From positions 1,121 to 65,120 of the forward strand of contig JAHLFO010000040.1 in NCBI GenBank assembly GCA_018883785.1: a DNA stretch of 64,000 nt, in the 5' to 3' direction. Made by a program: the position numbers and the translations under genes. This DNA is from Candidatus Bacteroides intestinipullorum. Lineage in GTDB: Bacteria > Bacteroidota > Bacteroidia > Bacteroidales > Bacteroidaceae. The notes under the pieces were generated by a model that saw only the letters and a program-made list of their open reading frames with translations, was not told the DNA's origin and did not search any database. Shown here piece after piece: positions 57,301-64,000 of the stretch (the stretch's first letter is position 1; the number at the start of each line of letters is the position of its first letter).

Positions 57301-59542
57301 TGAAATTCTTGATGTCCTCGTTGCCGTTTATCTTTGACATTCGTTGCAACTCCTCGAACTTCTTACGCTGCTCATCGGTCATTTTTCCGAAGATCCGCTC
57401 CATATGTTTACGGTTCTGATAGCGTTCTGTAGCCATGCTTCCGACACCTATCATACCAAATGCCAAGAAGGTAGGTGTTAAACCGAGTATGATGTCGAGA
57501 TTGTTATCAAAGTCGGTGGCTTCTTCCAGCGTCATATCGCCCAACGGGATATTGGAAAAATTGCTGTACACTTCTTCCAGATATTCCTGTGGAAACCCTT
57601 GGAACTGTGTGCGCTGCACTAGTTCGCGAAGTGTGGGATTGCTCTTCACTTCCCTGTACAATTGGCCGGGGCGTGATTCCTTGACCATCTGCATGAAGCT
57701 GTTCACCCCGCCTGGTAGTGCTTTCTCCAACTGACGCAGGTAAGGGCGGAACACTCGGAAGGCGTTCAGCACCATTTCCGACTGGTTTTCCAAAGCGGTA
57801 GAGGCGATTGATTTTCCCATGGCTTCCAGCGTCCCCACATTACCCGTCTTCTGCACTTGCAAATCTCCGTTCTCATCGAGGTAGTAATCGTAGTTCTGAT
57901 TCAGCCGCTCCATGGTTCCCGATACCACGCGGGGTACTCCGGTTGTTCCAGTCATGCCAAGTGCTGCTCCGGTGCTTCCGGCCACACGTGCTGCAAAGCT
58001 CCCAGCACGACCAAAACGGCGGAGGCCGAACTTCAGCAGGCTCTTGGCGATGGCATTGCTGCTGCCCGAGATAGGATTAGCGATGAACTCCAGCATGAAA
58101 GGCAGACTCTCGGCTGTAACACGCCCGGCATTATAGCCACGCCCCAAGTCGGAGGAATAAAAACCTTGTATGGCCATGTTGACGGCGGATGCCTCCAGCA
58201 GTTTTTGCTCGGCTTCACTCAGCGTATTGCCAGCCTCATATTTTTCGAGGGCGTTGTTCAAATATAGTGCATCGGCCATATCCGCCAGTCCGAAAGTGAA
58301 GTTTTCCCAATCCATGTTATCGCGCAGTCCGCGTCCCAATCCGGCCACGAAGTTAGTACCTCCTTGCTTTCCGGCTTCAGCCACGATTTCTTGCGACTGC
58401 TCTATCAACCGTTTAGCGGCATTAAGCATACCGACTTGGCGGCGTTCTTCTTCGGATGATTGGGTATAATTTCGACTTCCCATCAACGCATTCATGGCGT
58501 TTCCGCTGCTTGGAGCACGACGTTGTAGGTTCTTATGCGCTTGTTTGGACAATTCGTCAACTTCTCCGGCCAATGCTTTCAGTTGATCAGTCGAACGTTG
58601 TTTTTGAAGTTGAGTAAACTCTTCCTGTATACGCCCTCTATAGCGGTTTGCCATTTCTTGAAAAATCGCGTTCTCGTATGGTCGTAGCTCTCCATTGATA
58701 GCATCTCCATACTGTTGATAGAACTTCTCATTTATTTCTTCTGCTGATGCGCCAAGTCGCAGCAAGTCTTGATATTCGGGAGATTGAGTAAACGCCTGAA
58801 GATATTTTGCTTCTACTTCCCCACGTTTTTCAGCCAGTTCACTGTCCAACTTGCCACCACGAATAGATAAAACAAAGCGATTACGGTAGTTTTCCAGTAC
58901 ATCGGATTCGTTTTCTACTTTCTTGGGATGATAAAGCTCATCAATACGACGTTCTTCCTCCTGTTCGAATGTATTCTTCTTTCTCTCGATTGGTTCCGCA
59001 ATTGATGGACGATAACCATAATCTTCACTGCGCATTGCTTGTTCTTTACGCATTCGGTTAGCTACACGCAAAGCATTTTCATATATGGGAGTTTGAAAGG
59101 TGTCCCTATCGTTTACTGATTCTGGTTTATCCTGACTGTTCTTTTTGACCAGTTCATTAAGTGATGGCTTATTTCTTTCCATCAGTTCGTATAATCTACC
59201 AACGGCATCGTAACCAGGTATCTTTGGAGAACCGGCAGAGTTATCATTGAGGACTGATCCAGTATTCATTGAGGACTGATTGGCCCGGTCGTACTCGTCA
59301 ATCACCTGCTGGGCGACGGAGGTAGGGGACGATGAAACATACCCCATGCCCTTGTCAAAATCAGCATAACTGCCCAGCTCCAAGCCGGATTCCTTCCCGG
59401 CATTGTACAGCCACTCACGGGTCTCTTTTTCATCGGCATGTTTGTCGAAGTCTTCGTAGCTGCCCAGATCATAACCGTTGCCGGACAGGGATTCATACAG
59501 CCACTTCCTCGTTTCTTGTTGCCTGTTATTATTGTCTTGCAT
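48368..59542 (-). CDS. Giant polyvalent internal virion/ejection protein (~3,720 aa): kinase-like, inorganic pyrophosphatase-like, PBECR/MuF-C-like, zincin metallopeptidase, LPD3-like and C-terminal LPD38-like domains
   Basis: GGENDVY...VIK...DTKPNNV...FID (~55.1-54.7 kb); GNYRKGH...IENPKG...YGYI.GT.GVDGDHIDVF (~54.55-54.1 kb); VTSVFGK (~53.2 kb); LLHEAVAHYGLR (~52.67 kb); YHYY...RYYDH (~51.8 kb); TVNFNRKG...WERTKN...LKIP (~49.6-49.2 kb). Confidence 0.85.
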   Translation of the reverse strand: MQDNNNRQQETRKWLYESLSGNGYDLGSYEDFDKHADEKETREWLYNAGKESGLELGSYADFDKGMGYVSSSPTSVAQQVIDEYDRANQSSMNTGSVLNDNSAGSPKIPGYDAVGRLYELMERNKPSLNELVKKNSQDKPESVNDRDTFQTPIYENALRVANRMRKEQAMRSEDYGYRPSIAEPIERKKNTFEQEEERRIDELYHPKKVENESDVLENYRNRFVLSIRGGKLDSELAEKRGEVEAKYLQAFTQSPEYQDLLRLGASAEEINEKFYQQYGDAINGELRPYENAIFQEMANRYRGRIQEEFTQLQKQRSTDQLKALAGEVDELSKQAHKNLQRRAPSSGNAMNALMGSRNYTQSSEEERRQVGMLNAAKRLIEQSQEIVAEAGKQGGTNFVAGLGRGLRDNMDWENFTFGLADMADALYLNNALEKYEAGNTLSEAEQKLLEASAVNMAIQGFYSSDLGRGYNAGRVTAESLPFMLEFIANPISGSSNAIAKSLLKFGLRRFGRAGSFAARVAGSTGAALGMTGTTGVPRVVSGTMERLNQNYDYYLDENGDLQVQKTGNVGTLEAMGKSIASTALENQSEMVLNAFRVFRPYLRQLEKALPGGVNSFMQMVKESRPGQLYREVKSNPTLRELVQRTQFQGFPQEYLEEVYSNFSNIPLGDMTLEEATDFDNNLDIILGLTPTFLAFGMIGVGSMATERYQNRKHMERIFGKMTDEQRKKFEELQRMSKINGNEDIKNFIKITMADPELTQEQKRDEIDYAFAIAKQNAMDEIQEAETQDRIDTETEDIAGHSDPSTNTYTEAERIYMNDVGEWVKETGYIVGWQDPEKERFPYWIPEGVEFTPENTRLLRPGEWDATTVKSMPTQEVIDETAQAIREDAAAQAQRESTYSPDIVPPSIGTTFTDGAAQYKIAQQNPDNPNGGWLATRTTVDEKGKPKEEVVEITDEQYYNAMQAQIDAEEAASRQEQQPVSSTNQAQSNGQSGSETAPSSLQGETSPGASETVIPTDEKGNLLYHRAPVDRTVSSINSEGLEPDEVDAFVQANKAASAKLLRNIEGKAPKMGTNIAQYKKAKQEWQARVDDAQAQVDYWNQVADAIQSQRTQVGDATAEDILSMGEPMDGHELAAQMLATGKLPLLQADFKRETGYKGNEARALFGLFASEANGGMTIERAGEQLMLADQEAGTNFFDQSDPNAGRNAILDVLSEVRTRGDLTNYIRRNREAMAERERQAEYDAYADWCDREMHMTTPEEYEVYQEYVSENNPYEVVAVEELDRIFAEAEEEIQTYLNQQDNGQQGTSENGSSPDSGPSERDEPAGAAGSRKAGVSVLPEAQPVLPGQVQGRTEGAASQPGPADDGVRAEEGTVSEGTSGGEGIENQINDENNEINVVSSQSNQNDTENEQGEVAGISGESSSLDGENEAATILRRAGDRTAASDGRGSWTKESLLGDVVRRSKESQTWIEDIQSIAGKHLLRGGENDVYLSYDGKSVIKVNDFSYLPDNSTNFDSFMNRVDAHNELFPNDAITILGFTRNSEGRISVVLSQPYIGNAREATQEEIDNFLEGMDFYTDMSGNWTDGTFDIADTKPNNVLVDADGNLHFIDVLPYDSRKPGKMLVIPPTRNAFVAPERQEGENLLDYAERVVKTKEIDDARKEVEANPTDAQKEAGNYRKGHITLDGYDITIENPKGSTRSGVDANGQSWSVTMNNDYGYIRGTEGVDGDHIDVFLSDDPTTGEVYVIDQVNADGAFDEHKVMYGFKSALAAKRAYLANYSPGWQGLGTITEVSKEEFKKWVESSHRKTKPFAEYKSVKVDGEQNDTIKTHQPNALPGRLMKAYESGNTALIASVEQEMREFVNSATDMRSVYSTYLRSKDLERAMEKGSPSNKTQHFIAETCKDVLKKAGLPTKAMQSERARTEIAGSMTDPHVLDIMSADTSFNVLRAIIHNPNTSESTLKHFTKVFSNNGLDYEAQQELDKRQSQNGDELRFREIQEVNERFNEKLSGLTEDNADKVTLDLGNPSSVLLAAGVEDKPMKLYGNKVIKKMKKHGFKLDELRNLPEAVAEPIAVFNNYGKAGNKSILTELETEQGNFLVTLTLGKGHDVDFNVVTSVFGKGESNIVDWINKGFATYIDKEKALDYLHHSALKAVTSDNQELSDATKIVENFENPIIDSEISRNGNVNLSDDALSTANDPVAKLLGKSTRTARQRKEFAERERRNMAKRVQELAEKLHLDNVEIVTEPMTITDRQGRTHHPKGFYNPRTGKIVIVVPNNVNTFDAEQTLLHEAVAHYGLRRLFGEHFDTFLDNVFNNADVDVRRKIVELAKKNGWDTRLATEEYLASLAENTNFEDLNASWWRKIKELFLRMLHKIGFDGFTGVTLSDNELRYILWRSYENLAEPGRYRSILGEAADIVKQNELKVGNYASVNENMGQVADARESTKAERIRKLGESKPVEITGNEIEPSDDLKQYKKNALEYGKKLRASYQNKDTGITVQLGKTGVKEVLNHDYKNVEQLQSIAAIPQIIENSIYIDSQENTEPEKNRDVSMYHYYVCGLKIGNTDYTVRAVIAEQPNGNRYYDHKLTRIEKGKLLDSLSGITTPGFNQKTSLISDIKDTKLFSILQTNDEENLLFRESTEENQVQNATDDMNDESPSPISTPTVQAWDKLMNSFGFQFSETSFDHLAAVEEFQKLVEKHSGKEIKSFENVYDQMIALSSKTKNEMEMFDSFILTPMNKAILKLVGEKPVLKRWSWDKGSLRDLAVYVEAKHGVERNRQMAVEKLAKDDKSGESILADWSESKKRINSQQNLSWIKRQQMLDEEAGKLGADLSKDYSGLSSLFKDKEKYKDGWNTAALKYVEEYEKSHSQEDIDGLWKSIELATDYALQKQYESGLVSKEYVERQKERFENYVPLRGFADEIAGDVYNYIGNEFYAGGNPVKTAGGRTSEAGNPFGSILNIAYSSMSVGNKNMAKLALYSLVVNHDTGGLAIPGHAWMVKYDELKNNKELSDLLVSPEISNGEETPEWVEAVPQFPEKATSEEITRVMNHFEEAMKEYQKKGDAKSVGKRAKIPYRTLYKERDQHDIPLFIAGDKYVITVTGNPRLAQAMNGLLNPDVNNDPVSVIGKKIQRFMAGAFTAQNASFAVANLSRDTIYANNQAFIRENFRYWKEFTKNQRLGFGDYPQMMRRLYKYRHNQLDMNDKTERLFKEFMENGGATGYTFINDQDEYAHEIAKQMKKLSRKTPSYITPQSALKLMFDGIEFAGQSAELVNRFAAYKTSREMGRPISRSVRDAKEITVNFNRKGAGMKTAKVNRSTEGKGLIAGFRPIDFVACLSQLGRSHIIFWNANMQGKRRTYLNFKEHPVKTTITLVANNLVLGAVVLPFLNNVVMPALYDLVGWSSGDDDEDYYDALTDWERTKNLCLRLPHGYWLKIPMAPDMSPWLSMGDAIGGSLAGKRELTYSDFAKSLVDVASPISINWSYGNKHFGLNFVPSVAQPYLQNMMNINFMGNPIYKTPFNARQGFIPEYKMVYRSTSPTLIELSRVSNLVTGGSDIKTSGEADWNPAVLQNMISGYTGGWGNTMLSIADLMLNTLKGEETSVAMSQVPLVSRFVISGNKDMQLRRVNSSFYKVKDFINEFEYDRKSLENAIREAGKEGNMLDVAKYQDELNQLFNSERCQKYVKLKAIENGVKSYEEWLNETPDDEMMQDMVIGLKKEGIEELNR
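51664..51776 (+). ncRNA. Antisense promoter plus 18-bp hairpin RNA at the end of the LPD3-like domain
   Basis: TTTG(51664)-N20-TATCTTTG(51688-51695); stem 51707-51724/51754-51771 with 3 G-U pairs; U-tract. Confidence 0.7.
53022..53132 (+). ncRNA. Antisense promoter plus 19-bp hairpin RNA at the end of the PBECR/MuF-C-like domain
   Basis: ATTG-N19-TATCTTTG(53045-53052); stem 53061-53079/53108-53126 with 3 G-U pairs; inner stem CCGCTT/GGGCGG. Confidence 0.7.
55117..55332 (-). CDS. Nested small helical ORF 2 in an alternative frame of the giant gene
   Basis: (MIQK)MNKEKWQAYQEKVAASMEKMRQQPFSVEQAIEQQRR...; TATCTTCG at 55346-55353; ends at the start of the kinase domain. Confidence 0.5.
   Translation of the reverse strand: MIQKMNKEKWQAYQEKVAASMEKMRQQPFSVEQAIEQQRRMDEAAGRKNPFLGMSFDEVRKARLGLKTSNQ
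55393..55641 (-). CDS. Nested small helical ORF 1 in an alternative frame of the giant gene
   Basis: MDNKEQAKMEAARIVDRLNAMSQQERLEAG...; perfect TATCTTTGC box at 55687-55694 and an A-rich leader. Confidence 0.55.
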   Translation of the reverse strand: MDNKEQAKMEAARIVDRLNAMSQQERLEAGKQAYQFCLKHNLFFRGKYKDELKELQANPARLMMECVLRKELYLKAHPEVKE

Positions 59543-60731
59543 AAGGAGCTTTTTTTGAATTGTTGTTGTTTCGCATATATGGGGCGGACTTCTTTTCCGG
59601 CGGATACATGCCTCCACCCAGTTTGAAGCCTCGGCTTCTCAACTCTTCCGGATAAACCATCCCGTTCTCCAAGGCGTATGCCGCAGCGGCCATCCAATCG
59701 ACTTCTTCGTTCACAGTCTGCTGCCCATAGTCGCCTTTGGTGACTTTCCTGGTGATGAACGGCCTTAAATCTTCTCCATTGAGGCCTGTAGAATTGACGA
59801 TTTGCCGGGCCTCATTCTCCGTCAGCCGGGTATTACGGGTGTAGATATTCCCGTCGGCGCCAATCACGCTGTCCACAATCTTGTCTTGTGCCCGTGCGGC
59901 ATTGGCTTCCATCGCCCGGTTATGCCGTCCGGTTTCTTTCGCCTGCTGTTCTTTCAGCTTCCGGTCGGCATCCGCCTTGTCCTTGTCCGCCTTCAGCTTC
60001 ATGCCGAACTTCATCAAGTCCAAGTCCCGTCCTTTCTGCTTATCAGCAGCATCAGCCGCGGCTTTCTCCCGTGCCAGACGGATGTTATAGGCATTGCGGA
60101 TATCATCCCCCTTGGCTTCTGCCAGTATCGCATCCTGCCGGGCCTTCAGCGCATCCCGCTTTTCCTTGATGCGCCGCATCCGCTCGTTCTCCGCAAAGGC
60201 ACCCGCATTCAAATCAGCAGGAACCGCACCTTTGGCCGTGTAATAGAGCTGCGCCGCATTGCCGATCAGGTTGCCCAAATTGGCAAACACCTGGCCAAGA
60301 TGCTCACGACGTTCACGCTTTCGGCGTTCGTCCGGCGTCTCCTCGCTGGCAAAGTAGTTCCGGAGATTGGCATACGTGTTCAGCGGGTTCAGCCGCGCCT
60401 GCTCGCTCCAATACTCCTTGTCGGAGGCGTTCATGCCCTCTTGCGCACTGCGGAACTGCTCTTCATCCATGTTCTGCAAGGCCACACGTCGCATGGATTC
60501 CTGCGTGGTGGATTCCGGGTTGATGGTCGGGACAGGCGCGTTTGCCGGATTGGCACGGCCTACCACCTGCGCCGCAGCCACCGGTTGCGCCGGCATCATT
60601 CCCGCCGATGGCGTTACGCTTGCCGCTGGTTCCGTAGGCGTACTCGCTTGCGTGGCGTTCGGTAGCGGTGAGGGTGCCTGTGCCTGCCTGCGTGCCCTGC
60701 GCTCGTTGATGTTGTCGATTCGTGTAGACAT
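59529..60731 (-). CDS. Internal virion/ejection protein
   Basis: Ala/Gln-rich coiled coil with ETGRHNRAME motif; directly upstream of the giant gene. Confidence 0.7.
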   Translation of the reverse strand: MSTRIDNINERRARRQAQAPSPLPNATQASTPTEPAASVTPSAGMMPAQPVAAAQVVGRANPANAPVPTINPESTTQESMRRVALQNMDEEQFRSAQEGMNASDKEYWSEQARLNPLNTYANLRNYFASEETPDERRKRERREHLGQVFANLGNLIGNAAQLYYTAKGAVPADLNAGAFAENERMRRIKEKRDALKARQDAILAEAKGDDIRNAYNIRLAREKAAADAADKQKGRDLDLMKFGMKLKADKDKADADRKLKEQQAKETGRHNRAMEANAARAQDKIVDSVIGADGNIYTRNTRLTENEARQIVNSTGLNGEDLRPFITRKVTKGDYGQQTVNEEVDWMAAAAYALENGMVYPEELRSRGFKLGGGMYPPEKKSAPYMRNNNNSKKAPYARQ

Positions 60732-60736
60732 AGTTG

Positions 60737-61234
60737 TTATAGTATTCCAGATAAAGATTGGCCTGCCTTTGCAACCCCTTGCGCAGCCGTTGCCACATTC
60801 TGTGCACGCTGATTATTTATCCCCATCCGCGCTTCATCGATGGCTGATAGCTGATTCTCATAGTTGGAACGCACCTGCTCCTTGTAGGCATCAGCCCTTT
60901 CGGCAATATTGCTGGTCACATCCGCAATGACCTGGTTGTTGGCCGCCTTCTGCTGGGCCACGCTCTCATCCGTCGCACCGGTCACCGCCGCCGAGCCTTG
61001 TGTTCGCTTATACCGCTCGTCAAGAATTTCCCGGGCAGAATTCAGTGCCGCCTGCGCATCACTACGCTGAGTAAAGTCACTGTAATACTCTTGGTCATAC
61101 CAGTCTTGCGCACGATCCTGTGCCTGATTAAGTATAGCCTCATTCCTTTTAGCCGCTTTCCTACCGGCTATTCCACTTGCTATTCCGGCCGCAGCTGAAG
61201 TTACACCGCCAATAATTCCTCCTATAAATCCCAT
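60737..61234 (-). CDS. Small ejection protein (T7 gp14/P22 gp7-like)
   Basis: MGFIGGIIGGVTSAAAGIASGIAG Gly/Ala N-terminus plus coiled coil. Confidence 0.7.
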   Translation of the reverse strand: MGFIGGIIGGVTSAAAGIASGIAGRKAAKRNEAILNQAQDRAQDWYDQEYYSDFTQRSDAQAALNSAREILDERYKRTQGSAAVTGATDESVAQQKAANNQVIADVTSNIAERADAYKEQVRSNYENQLSAIDEARMGINNQRAQNVATAAQGVAKAGQSLSGIL

Positions 61235-61260
61235 ATCTTTACATTTTTATCGTCATGGGA

Positions 61261-61307
61261 CAAAAATAGGCCGATACCTTTGCAGGGTAAGTATATAAAC
61301 TGCCAAT
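61261..61307 (-). promoter_or_regulatory. Late-promoter motif copy 4, overlapping a divergent TACCTTTG (61275-61282)
   Basis: CAAA-N27-TATAT-AAAC-TGCCA. Confidence 0.6.
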
Positions 61308-61322
61308 TGATTAGATAGAGAT

Positions 61323-61610
61323 ATGCCGTTTCAGAAAGGACATAAAAAGATAGGAGGACGCAAGGCCGAAACGCCCAATAAGGTGAAAAAGGACTTGCGT
61401 ACCCGAATCAGTATGTTCTTGGAAGACAATTTCGACGAAGCCATCGACACCTGGAAAGGCATCAAAGAACCCAAAGAGAAAGTAAAACTATATGTAGACC
61501 TGATGAAATTTGGTATCCCCACACTACAAGCCGTCTCGCTCGACGCAACAATTACCCAAGAAAACAGCGTGGAGGATGACCTCAAAGAATTGTCGAAAGA
61601 GAACGAATAG
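61323..61610 (+). CDS. Terminase small subunit-like protein
   Basis: MPFQKGHKKIGGRKAETPNK N-terminal motif typical of TerS-like phage proteins. Confidence 0.6.
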   Translation: MPFQKGHKKIGGRKAETPNKVKKDLRTRISMFLEDNFDEAIDTWKGIKEPKEKVKLYVDLMKFGIPTLQAVSLDATITQENSVEDDLKELSKENE

Positions 61611-61652
61611 CTATACTACTTTTATACTATTAATAATAAAAGGGGAAGCGTT

Positions 61653-63131
61653 TCACACACTTCCCCCCTTCATCCGTTCATAAATCGCTTCCTTCCCCTT
61701 ATCCACATTTACTATACGAAACTGGAGCATTGAGCGAATCGGAATATCATCCGGAACATGTTTCGCCAAAGCGTTGATGACCTCATCCTTATTATTGAAA
61801 CCGACATCCTCCAACTCATAAAGCAAACGCCCACGGAAATACATCTCCCCACGCACCATGTACTTGGGAGACAAGCGGCACACGACCTCTTCCTTTGCAC
61901 AACGACTACCCTCTTCTTCTGTAAAGAATATGAAGTTTACCACCTTCTCGTTCAATTCCCAAGCCGGAGTAAAATCAATCTTCAGATACCCACGCGTTAC
62001 CTGATGCCCGCTGGCATGGTTCATAGCAAATGCCACTTCAGATATGGAAGCCCCACAATCATTCTGCGCCACTGTACCCCAAGTATGGCGGAAAGTGTAC
62101 ACACAATAATAATCCTCCTTCGCCATACCCAGACTTTTGCAGATTTGCTTAATGCCTATATTAACATTCGCCCCGAAACTGTCCGAGGTCGAATGCCTTT
62201 TATGGAAGGAAAACAACCAATCGGTATCATTGTCCCTATTCAGATATTTGTCAACGATTGGATGTATGATGGCCGGCACCCGCATTTCAATATAGGCATC
62301 ATCAGCACGAAACTTCTTTGTCTTAGCTCTCTTATATTTGATAATTCCATTCTCATAATCCTCTTTCTTCATTTCGTAGAGATCCACCGTATTGATACCG
62401 GCCAGGCAAAGCACCATCATGGCCACATCACGGCCAAGTTCAGCCAGAGGCATTTTCATCTTGCTCTCCGGTATGGGAGCCGAAAAGAAACGTCGGCACT
62501 CCTCAGGCGATATGGCACGCTTCTTAGGAGTATCAGCCTCCGGAATCTTCACCTTTGCCCACGGATTCGTCTTGATTCTGATAATACCATTATCATAATC
62601 ATTATACTCCAGTAGAGCCGCCTTGAATATCTGCCTTACACAGATGGGATACATTTCCTTAGCCCTCTTGGTTGTAGAAAGATTGTTTATCCACGCATTG
62701 ATGAATGTTGAAGTAAGGTGCGAAAACATAACCTTGGTTGTTCCCGCAAACCTTTCCAAATGTTGGAAAGCCAGTTCATAATTTCGCGCATTTCTCTCCT
62801 GCCCCGCATTGAACATTGCAGCATAGTATTTTCGCGCATAATCCGAGAAACAAATATCTTCATCCGATGATAGTAAATAAGCCTTCACCTCCTTTACCGT
62901 CCAGTTCCGTATATCCACCTTATTCAGTTTCTCAATATACTCTGCTATGCGGTCAGCACAGTACTTTACTACGAACGGATCCTTGATATCCCTGCTTTTA
63001 GTGAGCCCTTTTGCATTTACCAGTTTATCCGTCTTGATATAGTCTGGAGCCGACTTATGCGAGATACGGATATACACTGGATAATATCCGTCCTTCCGCT
63101 GATTACGTACACATGCAGAGAATGTAGCCAT
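61653..63131 (-). CDS. int: Tyrosine integrase with arm-binding and SAM-like domains and a C-terminal extension
   Basis: KDGYYPVYIRI arm domain; LAGINTVDL; YKRAKT; YTFRHTW; MNH; TRGY; promoter TATATTTG at 63218-63225. Confidence 0.93.
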   Translation of the reverse strand: MATFSACVRNQRKDGYYPVYIRISHKSAPDYIKTDKLVNAKGLTKSRDIKDPFVVKYCADRIAEYIEKLNKVDIRNWTVKEVKAYLLSSDEDICFSDYARKYYAAMFNAGQERNARNYELAFQHLERFAGTTKVMFSHLTSTFINAWINNLSTTKRAKEMYPICVRQIFKAALLEYNDYDNGIIRIKTNPWAKVKIPEADTPKKRAISPEECRRFFSAPIPESKMKMPLAELGRDVAMMVLCLAGINTVDLYEMKKEDYENGIIKYKRAKTKKFRADDAYIEMRVPAIIHPIVDKYLNRDNDTDWLFSFHKRHSTSDSFGANVNIGIKQICKSLGMAKEDYYCVYTFRHTWGTVAQNDCGASISEVAFAMNHASGHQVTRGYLKIDFTPAWELNEKVVNFIFFTEEEGSRCAKEEVVCRLSPKYMVRGEMYFRGRLLYELEDVGFNNKDEVINALAKHVPDDIPIRSMLQFRIVNVDKGKEAIYERMKGGSV

Positions 63132-63282
63132 ATCCTTTTTATTAGAGATTGATGTTCATTACCTTATATCCTCAAATCGCAGTGTAATTTTACTGTAATT
63201 ACACCCTTATTTTTCTGCAAATATACTGTAATTTTTTGTATTCATAATACACGAAAACCGTATATTTTGCATATAAAAGAAA

Positions 63283-63320
63283 TAGGCGGTAACCCATTCA
63301 AAACGATGGATTACCGCCTA
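63283..63320. terminator. ppdK terminator hairpin; likely prophage boundary (att) region
   Basis: TAGGCGGTAA...TTACCGCCTA inverted repeat between int and ppdK. Confidence 0.65.
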
Positions 63321-63340
63321 ATTATCTGTAAGTTAAGTAC

Positions 63341-64000
63341 TTATTTTGCGTCTTCAATAGCAGCCTGCGCCGCAGCTAAGCGCGCAATAGGAACACGATA
63401 GGGTGAGCAGCTAACATAGTTCAAGCCTACCTTATGGCAGAACTTCACGGATGAGGGTTCACCCCCGTGTTCACCACAGATGCCACACTTCAAGTCGGGA
63501 CGGACGGCGCGACCTTTCTCCGTAGCCATACGAATGAGCTGGCCGACACCATTTTGGTCGAGCACTTGGAAGGGGTCTACCTTCAGGATTTTCTTTTCCA
63601 GATAAATTGGGAGGAAAGAAGCGATGTCGTCACGCGAATAACCAAAGGTCATCTGTGTCAAGTCGTTGGTACCAAAGGAGAAGAACTCGGCGGACGAAGC
63701 GATACGGTTGGCAGTCAGAGCGGCACGCGGAACTTCAATCATCGTACCTACCTTGAAATCTATGCTGTCGCCCACTTCTTCGAAAAGCTTGGCGGCTTCG
63801 GCACGGATTACTTCTTCCTGCTGCTTGAACTCATAGAGAATACCGGTCAACGGCACCATGATTTCGGGATGTGTCTCAATGCCTTCCTTCTTCAACTCGA
63901 GAGCAGCCCCCAAGATAGCACGCGTCTGCATCTGTGTGATTTCGGGATAAGTATTGCCCAGACGACATCCGCGGTGACCCAGCATCGGGTTGTGCTCGCA
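63341..64000 (-). CDS. ppdK: Pyruvate phosphate dikinase, C-terminal part (host gene)
   Basis: [58 protein letters not shown]. Confidence 0.97.
   Translation of the reverse strand, partial: CEHNPMLGHRGCRLGNTYPEITQMQTRAILGAALELKKEGIETHPEIMVPLTGILYEFKQQEEVIRAEAAKLFEEVGDSIDFKVGTMIEVPRAALTANRIASSAEFFSFGTNDLTQMTFGYSRDDIASFLPIYLEKKILKVDPFQVLDQNGVGQLIRMATEKGRAVRPDLKCGICGEHGGEPSSVKFCHKVGLNYVSCSPYRVPIARLAAAQAAIEDAK

Larger units (their letters stand above)
1..63320. mobile_element. Temperate Bacteroidales prophage, podovirus-like (no tape measure or major tail gene seen); left end outside window
   Basis: Repressor, recombination, replication, terminase, portal, capsid, lysis and integrase genes in a contiguous block; host ppdK immediately right of the integrase; Bacteroidetes-type TAnnTTTG promoters throughout. 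Confidence 0.95.

Noticed and set aside
62380-62410. Integrase inactive because the first catalytic Arg is replaced (LAGINTVDL)
   Set aside because: This variant is, from memory, common in Bacteroidetes integrases; the other catalytic residues are intact
1-63320. Stop-codon reassignment as seen in some gut phages
   Set aside because: Very long intact ORFs in the standard code, all three stops used at gene ends, and no suppressor tRNA

Overview
The window is almost entirely one temperate Bacteroidales prophage. The left end lies outside the window; the right end is near 63.3 kb, next to the tyrosine integrase and the 3' end of host ppdK. From left to right it contains: a CI/Cro-like switch; an early region with antisense morons and several tRNA-like structured RNAs; RecT/RecE-like recombination, SNF2 helicase, NinG and a replication initiator; a C5 DNA methyltransferase with a second subunit overprinted in another frame, plus a PAPS-reductase-family protein and a radical SAM enzyme; many small accessory ORFs; and a minus-strand podovirus-like virion region (tail tube and adaptors, lysis genes, two fibre/spike proteins, capsid, scaffold, portal, ejection proteins and a ~3,700-aa polyvalent protein). 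An oppositely oriented island carries an activator-like gene, a rhomboid protease and TerL. Most notable: (1) the capsid protein has an N-terminal membrane/signal segment and the phage encodes a rhomboid protease but no recognisable prohead protease; (2) the giant polyvalent gene hides two promoter-driven antisense hairpin RNAs at the ends of its putative RNase domains, and two promoter-preceded nested ORFs upstream of its kinase domain; (3) a family of anticodon-less tRNA mimics, one with a 75-nt insert; (4) a four-copy fixed-spacing late-promoter motif. All family assignments come from motif recognition by eye; no searches were run.
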